Below are positions 9,620-18,282 of a stretch of DNA of 64,000 nt, piece by piece; positions within the stretch are counted from its first letter, which is position 1, and each line of letters begins with the position of its first letter. The position numbers and the translations under genes are program-made. This stretch comes from Desulfuromonadales bacterium (GTDB lineage: Bacteria; Desulfobacterota; Desulfuromonadia; Desulfuromonadales; Syntrophotaleaceae). The notes beneath the pieces are model-generated. The model saw only the letters and a program-made list of their open reading frames with translations, was not told where the DNA came from and made no database searches. The DNA lies in assembly GCA_030154185.1 (NCBI GenBank), contig JASKKK010000006.1, forward strand, positions 5,056-69,055, in the 5' to 3' direction.

Positions 9620-10024
9620 TGTACGCCCTTTCATTATCCGGAAAAACCGTCTTTTACTACCACCTTCCCGAACTTTTCTTTTGATTCAGGCATTCGTCTG
9701 ACCTTGCAAGCTTCCAACTCTGTGTTACTTTTTTCAATATGGCCAAAGTGCTGGGAACCTACGCGTCCGCAGGTATTCAGCTTTCGAATTTCAACACATT
9801 AAAACAACGGTTTACCGAAAATCCTTCAAAACCGTCAAGCTCTTCTTGGACAACCCTGATCTTGTCAGGGCCGAATGTTCATGTCTCGAATGTGTTCCAA
9901 ATGAGGCCGACCTGGCTTTCGGCAAAAAAAGGAGGCATAACCTGTTTTCACGCGGTTGTTTGGCTCCCGGGAGGGTTCCCGGACGGTTGGACAACCTTTC
10001 ATGCTGAACATGGAGGTAAGGACA

Positions 10025-10798
10025 ATGAAAAGATGGAGCGTGTTGTTTCTCGCAATGTTCGTGTTGTGTGCGGGCCTGACTTCAACAGCTCAAGCCAAGA
10101 TCGAGGTCGAAGGCGATGTTTATGTGGGCATCTGGGACAAGTACATCTGGCGCGGATTCGACCAGAGCGGCAGCAAACCCACCATCCAGGGCGGCATCGA
10201 TTTGAGCACCCACGGATGGACCCTGAGCTACTGGGGCAACTGGCAGCTGAGTGAGGACAAGGAAGAAGGTTACGAATCGGGTGAAAGCAACGAAACCGAT
10301 ATCATCCTGACCTACAGCCATGACGTCACCGACTGGCTGAACGTTACCGTTGGCGATATCTGGTACGCCATCGACTTCGGTACCAAGGACGACCTCAATC
10401 GCGACGGTTCGGTCGATACCAACGAGGTCTTCGGCATTTTCAGCTTCGACACCCTGCTCTCCCCCAGCGTCAAGATCGCCTGGGACTGGGACAAGGCTGA
10501 TGAAGACGGCCTCTACTTCACCTTCGACATCGGCCACACCTTCGATTTGAGCCAGTGGGTACCCAAAACCGCCCTCAACCTGGCTGCCGAGCTTTCCTAC
10601 AACCTGCACAGCGATTACCTGGTAGGCGACTATGCCGGTTTCCACGATTACGAACTTTATGTCAGCCTCGACTACGCTCTGACCGATCAGCTGACTCTGA
10701 GCCCGACTTTCTGGTTCACCTCGCCGATCTGCAGCGCGGCCAAAGACACCATCGATACGGAAACCACCGGCGCCATCAACCTGACATTCGCGTTTTGA
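10025..10798 (+). CDS. outer-membrane beta-barrel protein, TorF/Gcw_chp-like putative porin (module A)
   Basis: SD ggagg at 10012. Signal peptide MKRWSVLFLAMFVLCAGLTSTAQA. Motif YIWRGFDQSGSKPTIQGGIDL. Alternating beta-strand pattern. C-terminal ..INLTFAF. Confidence 0.7.
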   Translation: MKRWSVLFLAMFVLCAGLTSTAQAKIEVEGDVYVGIWDKYIWRGFDQSGSKPTIQGGIDLSTHGWTLSYWGNWQLSEDKEEGYESGESNETDIILTYSHDVTDWLNVTVGDIWYAIDFGTKDDLNRDGSVDTNEVFGIFSFDTLLSPSVKIAWDWDKADEDGLYFTFDIGHTFDLSQWVPKTALNLAAELSYNLHSDYLVGDYAGFHDYELYVSLDYALTDQLTLSPTFWFTSPICSAAKDTIDTETTGAINLTFAF

Positions 10799-11014
10799 AC
10801 GTACAGGTTTGACAGTCTTCGGACGTACCAAAGCTACGGACATACAGTAGCATAAAGGAACTTTCCCAAGACGACCTTGTTATTGTTAACTTGTGCTACA
10901 GGCGGGGAGGCCTCCTCCCCGCCTCCACAGTTTGACCGGCCCCTTCGGTGCCGGCCAGGCAACAACCCAAGGCAACCCCAAAACTCCGCACACCGAAACG
11001 GCAGGAGGATCATC

Positions 11015-12124
11015 ATGAGAAAAGCACTTTCGGGAACCGCGCTTTTCGGCATCCTGGGCCTGGTCGCCATCGGCCTGGCCCTGGCACCGGGCTGCGGTAA
11101 AGCAAAAAAAGAAACATTGCGCATTACCTGCTGGGGAGGCTACGCCAAGCCGTATGTAGCCGACTTCCAGCAGCTGATCAAAGAAAAGCACAATATCGAC
11201 GTGGAAGTCCAAATCACCAACCCCACCGACCAGGACGAGTTTTTCATGGCGGTGAAAGACAATACGGCCGATCTCATATCGCCTCCCATCGAGTTGCCGA
11301 AGACTCCGCGATTCTATGCTTATTCGGCGGAAACCCCCTATCTGCAACCGGTCGACGTCGAAAACATCCCCAATCTCAAAAACATGATGCCGGTATTCCG
11401 CGACGATACAACTCCCATCTTCGCCGGAAAACGCTACGGCGTCCCCTACAATTGCGGACCTTACGGGCTGGCTTACAATGCCGACGTCATCGATGCAGCA
11501 CCGACCACGTGGAACATCCTGTGGGAGCCCCGATATGCCGGGAAGTACACCATAAACAACAACTTCCCCAAGGTTAACGTCTGGATCACCGCCCTGGCTC
11601 TCGGCTACGGGTATGACGATATTTTCGATATCGCACGTCTCGACAGGGAAAAGGTGCAGCGACAGCTCAACGTTCTGGCCAAAAATGCCAAAAGCCTGTG
11701 GGATGGAGCCGCCAACCCGGATGAATTCCCCGAACTGTCCCTGGCCACGACCTGGGGCTTTGCAGCGCAGCAGGCCAACCTGAAAGGCGGCAACTGGCTG
11801 CTGGCCAGTCCCAAGGAAGGCGGCACGGCATGGATCGATTGCTGGTACATCGGCGTCGGCGCCGAGGGTATAACCAAGACCCTGGCCGAAGAATGGATCA
11901 ACTTCATGCTCGATCCGGCCCGCCAGGCCGACGTGGTCAAGTCCCAGGGTGTTTCTCCGGTCATCGCCGACGTGGGGGACCTGCTCGATGCCAAGGACAA
12001 GGCCATGTTCCACGTAGGGGATGAAGCATACTTCAAGACCGTTGCATTATGGAGGGTCATGAGCGAGGAGACGGAAGAGGCATTCAACAACATGTGGGAG
12101 GAGGCCAAAACACACAGAGAGTAG
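11015..12124 (+). CDS. PotD/PotF-like periplasmic solute-binding lipoprotein, orphan (module A)
   Basis: SD aggagg at 11003. Signal ending ..LALAPGC. PotD-like blocks (W..LW.P.Y.G, PKEGGTAWIDCW, INFMLDP). No permease or ATPase adjacent. Confidence 0.8.
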   Translation: MRKALSGTALFGILGLVAIGLALAPGCGKAKKETLRITCWGGYAKPYVADFQQLIKEKHNIDVEVQITNPTDQDEFFMAVKDNTADLISPPIELPKTPRFYAYSAETPYLQPVDVENIPNLKNMMPVFRDDTTPIFAGKRYGVPYNCGPYGLAYNADVIDAAPTTWNILWEPRYAGKYTINNNFPKVNVWITALALGYGYDDIFDIARLDREKVQRQLNVLAKNAKSLWDGAANPDEFPELSLATTWGFAAQQANLKGGNWLLASPKEGGTAWIDCWYIGVGAEGITKTLAEEWINFMLDPARQADVVKSQGVSPVIADVGDLLDAKDKAMFHVGDEAYFKTVALWRVMSEETEEAFNNMWEEAKTHRE

Positions 12125-12232
12125 ATTCGGGCAACATCTCCAACAAACAATTCTTGTTCAAGAAATGACGCACAGGGCATCCCGAGAACAGCACACTCAC
12201 CCTGTGGTTCACCCGAGACATGGAGGTGTCAC

Positions 12233-14494
12233 ATGCAACTCAAGTCAAAACTGTTTTACGGCATAATTTTTGGCCTGGCTCTGGCTTTTACAGCCAGCCT
12301 GGCCGGAGCTGTCGCCATCCGCGACGTCAAACCGGGCGAGGACGTATTCGATTACGTGAGCCGGATCAACGGCCAGTTTGATCAAACCCTTTATCAGCAG
12401 GTGGTCGGTGCCGCCAACTCCTTCAAGGAAGGGGACGAGGCCATCGGCGTGGCGGCCGACAACGACGCCACCCGCGAGAACGCCCGCAAATTGCTGGCCA
12501 ACACCAAAATCAAGGATCTGATGGCCAAGCCCCTGTTTGTGGACGCCCAGTACGACCTCATCACCAATACCACCGACATGGCCCAGTACAACAAGGTCAG
12601 GGACTGGACCCTGGGCGAATTGAAGGATTTCCTTCTCACCAAGTCCGAGGCTCAGATCAAGGGTATCATGTACGGGCTGCACAGCGATATCATCGCCAAC
12701 GTGGTCAAAATGATGTCCAACGAGGAGCTGACCCGCATCGGTCAGACGGTTTTCAACCCTCTGCCCGGCTCCAAGATCGGCGCCAAGGGTTATCTGAGCG
12801 CCCGCATCCAGCCCAACTCGCCGACGGATAATGTCGACGACATCGTCTGGCAGGTTTTCGACGCCTACTCCTATGGCGTTGGCGACATCGTCGTCGGTAC
12901 CAACCCCGTCGACAGCGAAGCAGCCAATATCGAGAACATCGAACTGGCCCTGCGCGACGTCATGCAGACTTTCGGCGTCGACAAGTACAACCCCTGGTGC
13001 GTGCTCTCGCACATCGACGTACAGGCCGAGGTCGAAAAGAACAACCCCGGCTCCACCGCTATCTGGTTCCAGAGTCTGGCCGGGGTGGTCGACGCCAACA
13101 AGACCTTCGACCTGACGCTGGAAAAGATGATGAATTATGCCAGCATGCGCAACGGCAAATACGGTCTCTACCATGAAACCGGCCAGGGTGCCGACTTCAC
13201 CAACGGTCACGCCAAGGGCTTCGACATGGTCGTTCACGAATCCCGCAAGTACGGCTTCGCCCGCGCCCTCAAGCAGCAGGTGGCGGCCGCCCAGATCGAC
13301 GGTCAGGGTGCCTGGTGCCATGTCAACGACGTGGCCGGCTTCATCGGGCCCGAGGTCTTCAAGACTCGGGAACAGCTGGTCCGCTGCTGCCTGGAAGACA
13401 TCGCCATGGGCAAGCTGCACGGCCTGATCATCGGCCTCGACATCTGTTCGACCCTGCACATGCCCGTCACCCTGGACGATCTCGACTGGTGCCAGGATCA
13501 GATCGCTCCGGCCAACCCCGGATACCTGATGGCCTTGCCGACCAAAAACGACCCGATGCTCAGCTACCTGACCACCGCCTTCCAGGACCATGTCCGGCTG
13601 CGCGAGAAGTTCGGCTACAAAGTCAACGACGACATGTGGAATTTCTTTAAGAAAATCGAAGTCATCGACGACAATGGCAAGCCGACGGAACACTTCGGCG
13701 ACCCGATCTGGGTCTATTACCAGTACCGCCTGGCCAAGGGTGACACCCGCAGCATGAAGGAAATCTACGCCGAAGGCCAACAGAAGGTCGAGGAAGTCCA
13801 GGCTCGCGGTGTGCCCCTGGCCATCGGCTACGGCGAAAACATATGGGATCTGGAGCCGAAGACCGACAAGCAGATCCACGACCTGTATAACGACGCCAAG
13901 ATCAGCCTGTGGGCCGAATTCACCCCGGAATTCATCGCCTCCATCCCCAACGCCGTAACCGTGCAGACCAAATCGGCCGACCGGGAAGACTATGTGGCGC
14001 ACCCGAGCACCGGCGAGGAATTCAATGATGCTTCCGTGGCCACCCTGGAGAAACTGCGGGCCAGCTGGGGCGGCAAGGCCCCGGACGTGCAGGTCATCAT
14101 TTCCGACGGTCTGAACGCCAAGGCCCTCATGGACGAAGATCACCTCATGCCCTTCATGGAAGAGCTGAAGGATCAGCTTGCCAAAGCCGGCTGGACCCTG
14201 GCCAAAGAAAACATCGTGGTCACCAGCGGCCGGGTGCGCGCCGGTTACCGGGCCGGCGAAACCCTGTTCACCGATCCCGACAGCACCCCGAAGGCCATCG
14301 TCCACATCATCGGCGAACGCCCGGGCAGCGGCCATCATGCCTATTCGGTCTACCTGACCCGTCTGGCTCCCGTCACCTGGTCCGCCGAGGGTGCCGACCA
14401 TGATGTGACCAAGGTCATCTCCGGCATTTCCAACACCGGTCTCGACCCGCGCAAAGCGGCACGTCAGGCCGTAAGACTGCTGCAGGAAATGTAA
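12233..14494 (+). CDS. fused EutB-EutC ethanolamine-ammonia-lyase-like enzyme with N-terminal signal peptide/anchor (module A)
   Basis: SD ggaggtg. N-terminus MQLKSKLFYGIIFGLALAFTASLAGAVAI. EutB blocks SARIQPN, GVGDIVVGTNPV, LYHETGQGA, VAGFIGPE, LEDIAMGKLHG. EutC blocks PDVQVIISDGLNAKA, GRVRAG, IIGERPGSGHH. Confidence 0.85.
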   Translation: MQLKSKLFYGIIFGLALAFTASLAGAVAIRDVKPGEDVFDYVSRINGQFDQTLYQQVVGAANSFKEGDEAIGVAADNDATRENARKLLANTKIKDLMAKPLFVDAQYDLITNTTDMAQYNKVRDWTLGELKDFLLTKSEAQIKGIMYGLHSDIIANVVKMMSNEELTRIGQTVFNPLPGSKIGAKGYLSARIQPNSPTDNVDDIVWQVFDAYSYGVGDIVVGTNPVDSEAANIENIELALRDVMQTFGVDKYNPWCVLSHIDVQAEVEKNNPGSTAIWFQSLAGVVDANKTFDLTLEKMMNYASMRNGKYGLYHETGQGADFTNGHAKGFDMVVHESRKYGFARALKQQVAAAQIDGQGAWCHVNDVAGFIGPEVFKTREQLVRCCLEDIAMGKLHGLIIGLDICSTLHMPVTLDDLDWCQDQIAPANPGYLMALPTKNDPMLSYLTTAFQDHVRLREKFGYKVNDDMWNFFKKIEVIDDNGKPTEHFGDPIWVYYQYRLAKGDTRSMKEIYAEGQQKVEEVQARGVPLAIGYGENIWDLEPKTDKQIHDLYNDAKISLWAEFTPEFIASIPNAVTVQTKSADREDYVAHPSTGEEFNDASVATLEKLRASWGGKAPDVQVIISDGLNAKALMDEDHLMPFMEELKDQLAKAGWTLAKENIVVTSGRVRAGYRAGETLFTDPDSTPKAIVHIIGERPGSGHHAYSVYLTRLAPVTWSAEGADHDVTKVISGISNTGLDPRKAARQAVRLLQEM

Positions 14495-14502
14495 TCTCGA
14501 CC

Positions 14503-14528
14503 GGGTCGCCGGGCTCTCCCGGCGACCC
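14503..14528 (+). other. perfect 11-bp GC hairpin immediately after the EutBC stop
   Basis: gggtcgccggg-ctct-cccggcgaccc. No U-tract follows. Confidence 0.6.
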
Positions 14529-14665
14529 GACAGCAACATGTGTCACCAACAGGAGGCGTAACGGTCACAGCATCGCCGTTGCGCCTTTCTTTTCCCCATG
14601 CCTATCTGCTTTCCCTATATCTTTACCCCCGCCATACGGAACCGGGGTCAGAAAGAAACGGTCGC

Positions 14666-15508
14666 ATGAACCATAATCTTCCCCCAGCACCACCACCGGA
14701 GACCGGTCCGCCGCCCCCACAGGATAAACGCCCCGGCCTGATCCGCGACGTCTTTCATAAAACACATCTGTGGGCCCATGCTCTGGTTATCAGTCGCTTC
14801 TACCGCTTCGGCGAAACCGGCAATCTCATGTATACCGTCGGCAAGAGCATCCTCGAGGGCGCGGTTCTGTACACCATGTTCAGCATGGCCCAGACCGAAT
14901 ACAAGGTCGCCGCCGTGCTGGGAGTCATGACCAAATATATCTATCCGGGCATTACCTTCGTCAGCAGCGTAAAAGTCTCTTCCTTTGTCGATCATCTGGA
15001 AAGATTTCCCGACAAAACCCTGCAACTCCAGAAACTCGTCGGAGGCGTCATTCTGGTCGGCATCGGCCAGGCTCTCGGCGCCCTGATGCTGCTGTTTTGC
15101 TATCCACCGTTTTTCAGGGTCTGCTTCGACAGCATGGGAATCAGCCGGTATCTGCTCGTTGGACTCTATCTCCTGCATCATATTTTCGACGGTTCGGCAC
15201 AGGTTGCCGAGGGAAGAATCTGGTTCAAACTCATCGAAATCAAATTGCGCCATGGCAATCTGAGACACATTTCGGAGAATTTCTGGGGCATCCATGCCAT
15301 GAGTCAGAACGTCCAGCTCATACTCGGTCTGATTCTGCTCTGGGGAACCACTCTGATCACGGGATTGTTCATAAACCGTCTCGATGCCGGCACCATGTGG
15401 ACGATCGTCCTGACGGGAACCCTTTTGACCGCCACCTCAAAATTCTGTCTGCCTATCGCATGGCACCTGCGCCTGCGCCATGAAACGAAGATGGACTCAC
15501 CCTCCTGA
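14666..15508 (+). CDS. polytopic membrane protein, unrecognised family (module A)
   Basis: Met43 of ORF 14540..15508. Pro-rich N-terminus followed by several hydrophobic helices. Paralogue at 41720..42565. Confidence 0.6.
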   Translation: MNHNLPPAPPPETGPPPPQDKRPGLIRDVFHKTHLWAHALVISRFYRFGETGNLMYTVGKSILEGAVLYTMFSMAQTEYKVAAVLGVMTKYIYPGITFVSSVKVSSFVDHLERFPDKTLQLQKLVGGVILVGIGQALGALMLLFCYPPFFRVCFDSMGISRYLLVGLYLLHHIFDGSAQVAEGRIWFKLIEIKLRHGNLRHISENFWGIHAMSQNVQLILGLILLWGTTLITGLFINRLDAGTMWTIVLTGTLLTATSKFCLPIAWHLRLRHETKMDSPS

Positions 15509-15614
15509 GCCATGGTGAAATCCCCCCATTTGGGGGATGGTTTTATATTCAGGTATCTGCTAGAAATAAGTCCAGGTAGCAGGAAATATAAAGAATCTGC
15601 TATTCACACAATTT

Positions 15615-15785
15615 GACAAGGGACGGGTGCTTAAGAAGCCTAACAGGGAAGACGGTGTAAATCCGTCGCGGTCCCGCCGCTGTAACCGGTGACGATGGCC
15701 ATATGATGCCACTTTTCGTACTCACGAAAGGGAAGGCGTGGCCGGCAGAATGACCCGGAAGCCAGAAGACCTGCCTGCCCCGCAT
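15615..15785 (+). promoter_or_regulatory. cobalamin riboswitch (leader of the cob operon)
   Basis: Conserved elements read directly: gggtgc..aacagggaagacggtgtaaatccgtcgcggtcccgccgctgtaacc..gccac..gggaaggc..B12 box agccagaagacctgcc. Confidence 0.85.
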
Positions 15786-15867
15786 ACGTGCTGTTGTGAC
15801 CTTCGAGGATTGAGGACCGACATTTCGTGCACGTGTGCAGATCGTTGGCTGGCGGATAAAAAACGGT

Positions 15868-15905
15868 ATCCCCGGAGCTTATGGCTCCGGGGATTTTTCT
15901 TTTTG
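15868..15905 (+). terminator. intrinsic terminator (riboswitch expression platform)
   Basis: atccccggagc-ttat-ggctccgggga followed by tttttcttttt, 12 nt before the first cob gene start. Confidence 0.7.
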
Positions 15906-15917
15906 AGGGAGGTAACC

Positions 15918-17114
15918 ATGCATCTGCCGATTCATCTATCCATCCGGGGAAGGCTTTGTCTGCTGATCGGCAAAGGCGACCTGATTCAGTCCCTCATCCC
16001 CCGGCTGAGCAGCCATGGCGCACAGCTGCGATGCATGGATATCCGGCAACGCTCCTATCGAAGAGAAGATCTCGAAGGCGCCTTTCTGGTCATTTCGGAC
16101 ACCGGGGACCCGACCCTCAACAGTCGGGTGGCCAACGATGCCCGCGATGCCGGCATACTTGTGATGCGTGGCGACCGGCCCTCCGCCGGAGACTTCACTC
16201 TGCCCATATTGCAAGCTGCCGGCTCCTCTCCCGGCATCCAGGCGTGTTTTCAGACCAAGGAGGGCAGCGAAGTCAACCTCCCCGGCAAAGTCTCCCTGAT
16301 CGGAGCCGGCCCCGGAGATCCCGGCCTGCTCACGGTCAAGGGAGCCGCCTGCCTTCAAACAGCCGACGTCGTTCTGTTCGATGCCATCGCCAACCCTTTG
16401 TTGGTGACGCGCTACGCCCCGCATGCCGAAAAAATCGACGTCGGCAAACGCAAAGGCAACTGCAGATACAGCCAGGAAGATATTATCCGACTTATGCTCG
16501 ATCTGGCGCGCCAGGGGCGCAATGTTGCGCGCCTCAAAGGGGGCGATCCAACCATTTTCGGACGTGGCGGCGAAGAGGCCCGTGCCCTGTTCGAAGCTGG
16601 CATCCCCTTTGAAATCGTACCGGGCGTTAGTTGCGTGGCCGCCGTACCGGCTTATGCAGGCATCCCTATCACCGATCGTGAATTCGGCTCGTCCTTCGGG
16701 GTCTACACCATTCATAAAAAGGGGGGAATCTGCCTTAACGAAGAACAATGGCGACGCATGGCTCAAGGTCCCGACACCCTGGTGCTGCTGATGGGTAAAA
16801 CCATGCTCGCTACGGCAGCCGAAAAGCTGATCCGCCACGGGCGTCCGGCTTCCACTCCCGTAGCCCTCATCACCGATGGCACGACCAGGAAACATAAACG
16901 TTTTCTCGGCACCCTGGCCACCATTGTCGATATCGTAGAGAAAAACGCCGACGGCAGCGAGGGCCCGGGTCTGATCGTAGTCGGTGGAGTGATTTCGGCA
17001 TTTTCGAGCATGGAATGGTTCCGTCCGGAGCCGGAGGCTGATCTTTCCGCTGCAACCGGTCAGGAAACAGCTTTCGCCATTTTAAACCGCCTTATGGAAG
17101 GGATCGCAGCATGA
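15918..17114 (+). CDS. cobA: uroporphyrinogen-III C-methyltransferase with short CysG/SirC-like N-terminal domain
   Basis: Start is Met61 of ORF 15738, downstream of the terminator, with SD gagggagg. SUMT blocks VSLIGAGPGDPGLLT, GGDPTIFGRGGEE, VPGVS. Confidence 0.85.
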   Translation: MHLPIHLSIRGRLCLLIGKGDLIQSLIPRLSSHGAQLRCMDIRQRSYRREDLEGAFLVISDTGDPTLNSRVANDARDAGILVMRGDRPSAGDFTLPILQAAGSSPGIQACFQTKEGSEVNLPGKVSLIGAGPGDPGLLTVKGAACLQTADVVLFDAIANPLLVTRYAPHAEKIDVGKRKGNCRYSQEDIIRLMLDLARQGRNVARLKGGDPTIFGRGGEEARALFEAGIPFEIVPGVSCVAAVPAYAGIPITDREFGSSFGVYTIHKKGGICLNEEQWRRMAQGPDTLVLLMGKTMLATAAEKLIRHGRPASTPVALITDGTTRKHKRFLGTLATIVDIVEKNADGSEGPGLIVVGGVISAFSSMEWFRPEPEADLSAATGQETAFAILNRLMEGIAA

Positions 17115-17734
17115 ACGGTGCCCAGGTTTTTCTCATACGTCATGGTGACACAGGGGACGCCCTTAAAGGACGTTTTGTCGGACGTCAGGACGTGCCCCTC
17201 AGTCCCCTGGGCCGACGACAGGCTTCTGCTTTGGCCCGCTGCTCCTTTCTGCAAAACTGTCGGGAAGCTTTCTGCAGTCCCATGCTTCGGGTACGGGAGA
17301 CCCTGGGGCTCTCGGGACTCGACCTGGTCTGTCGACAGGATGAGGATCTTCGGGAAATCGATTTCGGACGCTGGGAGGCTCTCTCATTTGCGGAAATTTC
17401 CCGCGACTATCCCCTTGAAGTTGACCGCTGGGCGCGCCTTGAACGGGATTTCCGGTTTCCCGACGGCGAGGCTTACACCGACTTTTTGCATCGTATTCAA
17501 AAAGCAGCGGAACGTATCGCCCGCACCGCGGCATCTCAAAACGAACCGGTTGCCGTTTTCGCCCACGGTGGCGTCATACGCGCTCTGATCTGCCAGTGGC
17601 TCGGTCTTCCGGCCAAACATTACCTGCTGTTCGAAATCGATCACGCTTCGATTTCCGCGGTGCGCCTGTTCGGCGACCAGGGGGTGCTGATGCGCCTCAA
17701 CGATCTTGCTCACCTTCAGGAGGAAAGAGCATGA
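17111..17734 (+). CDS. cobC: alpha-ribazole phosphatase (histidine phosphatase family)
   Basis: RHG motif (FLIRHGDT). ATGA overlap with the upstream gene. cob operon context. Confidence 0.75.
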   Translation: MNGAQVFLIRHGDTGDALKGRFVGRQDVPLSPLGRRQASALARCSFLQNCREAFCSPMLRVRETLGLSGLDLVCRQDEDLREIDFGRWEALSFAEISRDYPLEVDRWARLERDFRFPDGEAYTDFLHRIQKAAERIARTAASQNEPVAVFAHGGVIRALICQWLGLPAKHYLLFEIDHASISAVRLFGDQGVLMRLNDLAHLQEERA

Positions 17735-18282
17735 ATCGCATGATCCTGATCACGGGCGGCGCCCGCAGCGGAAAAAGCGCGTACGCCCAGCAAATGGCCG
17801 AGGACCTGCCCGGACCGCGCACCTATGTGGCGACCTGCCCGGTGACCGATCCCGAGATGGCCGGACGTGTCCGCACACACCGGATGGCCCGCGCCGAAAA
17901 AAACTGGCGGACACTGGAAGAACCGCTCGACCTGCCCGGGGTCCTGACCCGTGCGGGAGACTGCCCGACGGTGCTGGTCGACTGTCTTACCCTCTGGATC
18001 AACAACCTCATGTTCCGGGCCGCAAACAACGGGCAAGCCCTGACGGAAGAGGATGTACGGCAGCATTGTCAGGCCGTCATCGGCGCCGTGCGACAACATC
18101 CGGGCACCGTCATCTTCGTCTCGGGGGAGGTCGGCCTGGGCATCGTTCCGGAAAACCGCGAAGCACGACTGTTTCGGGATCTTCTGGGACGCTGCAATCA
18201 GATTATCGCCGCCGCTGCAGGACAGGTCACCCTGGTGGCCTGCGGCTTGCCCATGCACCTCAAACAGGAGATAACCCCATGA
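17731..18282 (+). CDS. cobU: adenosylcobinamide kinase / adenosylcobinamide-phosphate guanylyltransferase
   Basis: [14 protein letters not shown]-loop. Start at 17731 overlaps the cobC stop. Confidence 0.85.
   Translation: MNRMILITGGARSGKSAYAQQMAEDLPGPRTYVATCPVTDPEMAGRVRTHRMARAEKNWRTLEEPLDLPGVLTRAGDCPTVLVDCLTLWINNLMFRAANNGQALTEEDVRQHCQAVIGAVRQHPGTVIFVSGEVGLGIVPENREARLFRDLLGRCNQIIAAAAGQVTLVACGLPMHLKQEITP

Noticed and set aside
9620-10024. ORFs in the long spacers upstream of each porin gene (9739..10254, 9812..9994, 36728..36979, 36866..37123), plus a search there for B12 or other riboswitches
   Set aside because: The ORFs have no SD, run into the porin gene out of frame, and are not conserved between the two module leaders. 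I found no B12 box or other recognisable riboswitch core. The two leaders share only the last ~20 nt around the SD (atggaggta).
12233-12330. EutBC N-terminus as a microcompartment encapsulation peptide
   Set aside because: Encapsulation peptides are short amphipathic helices. This segment is a ~20-residue uninterrupted hydrophobic core after a Lys-rich n-region, and no shell protein genes are present in the window.
12245-14539. 764-aa minus-strand ORF (and its twin at 39205..41616, 803 aa) opposite the EutBC genes
   Set aside because: Both are antisense shadow ORFs. Their composition is G/V/D/H/A-rich with no motifs, whereas the plus-strand frames carry the EutB/EutC blocks and proper SD and start sites.
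15738-15917. Upstream starts suggested by the ORF track (15738 for cobA; likewise 17596, 17706, 33460, 34269, 54892, 57025, 62645 and others)
   Set aside because: The extensions run through the riboswitch and terminator, or overlap the preceding gene in another frame, and they lack an SD. Internal Met/GTG starts with an SD or stop-start overlaps fit the known protein N-termini.
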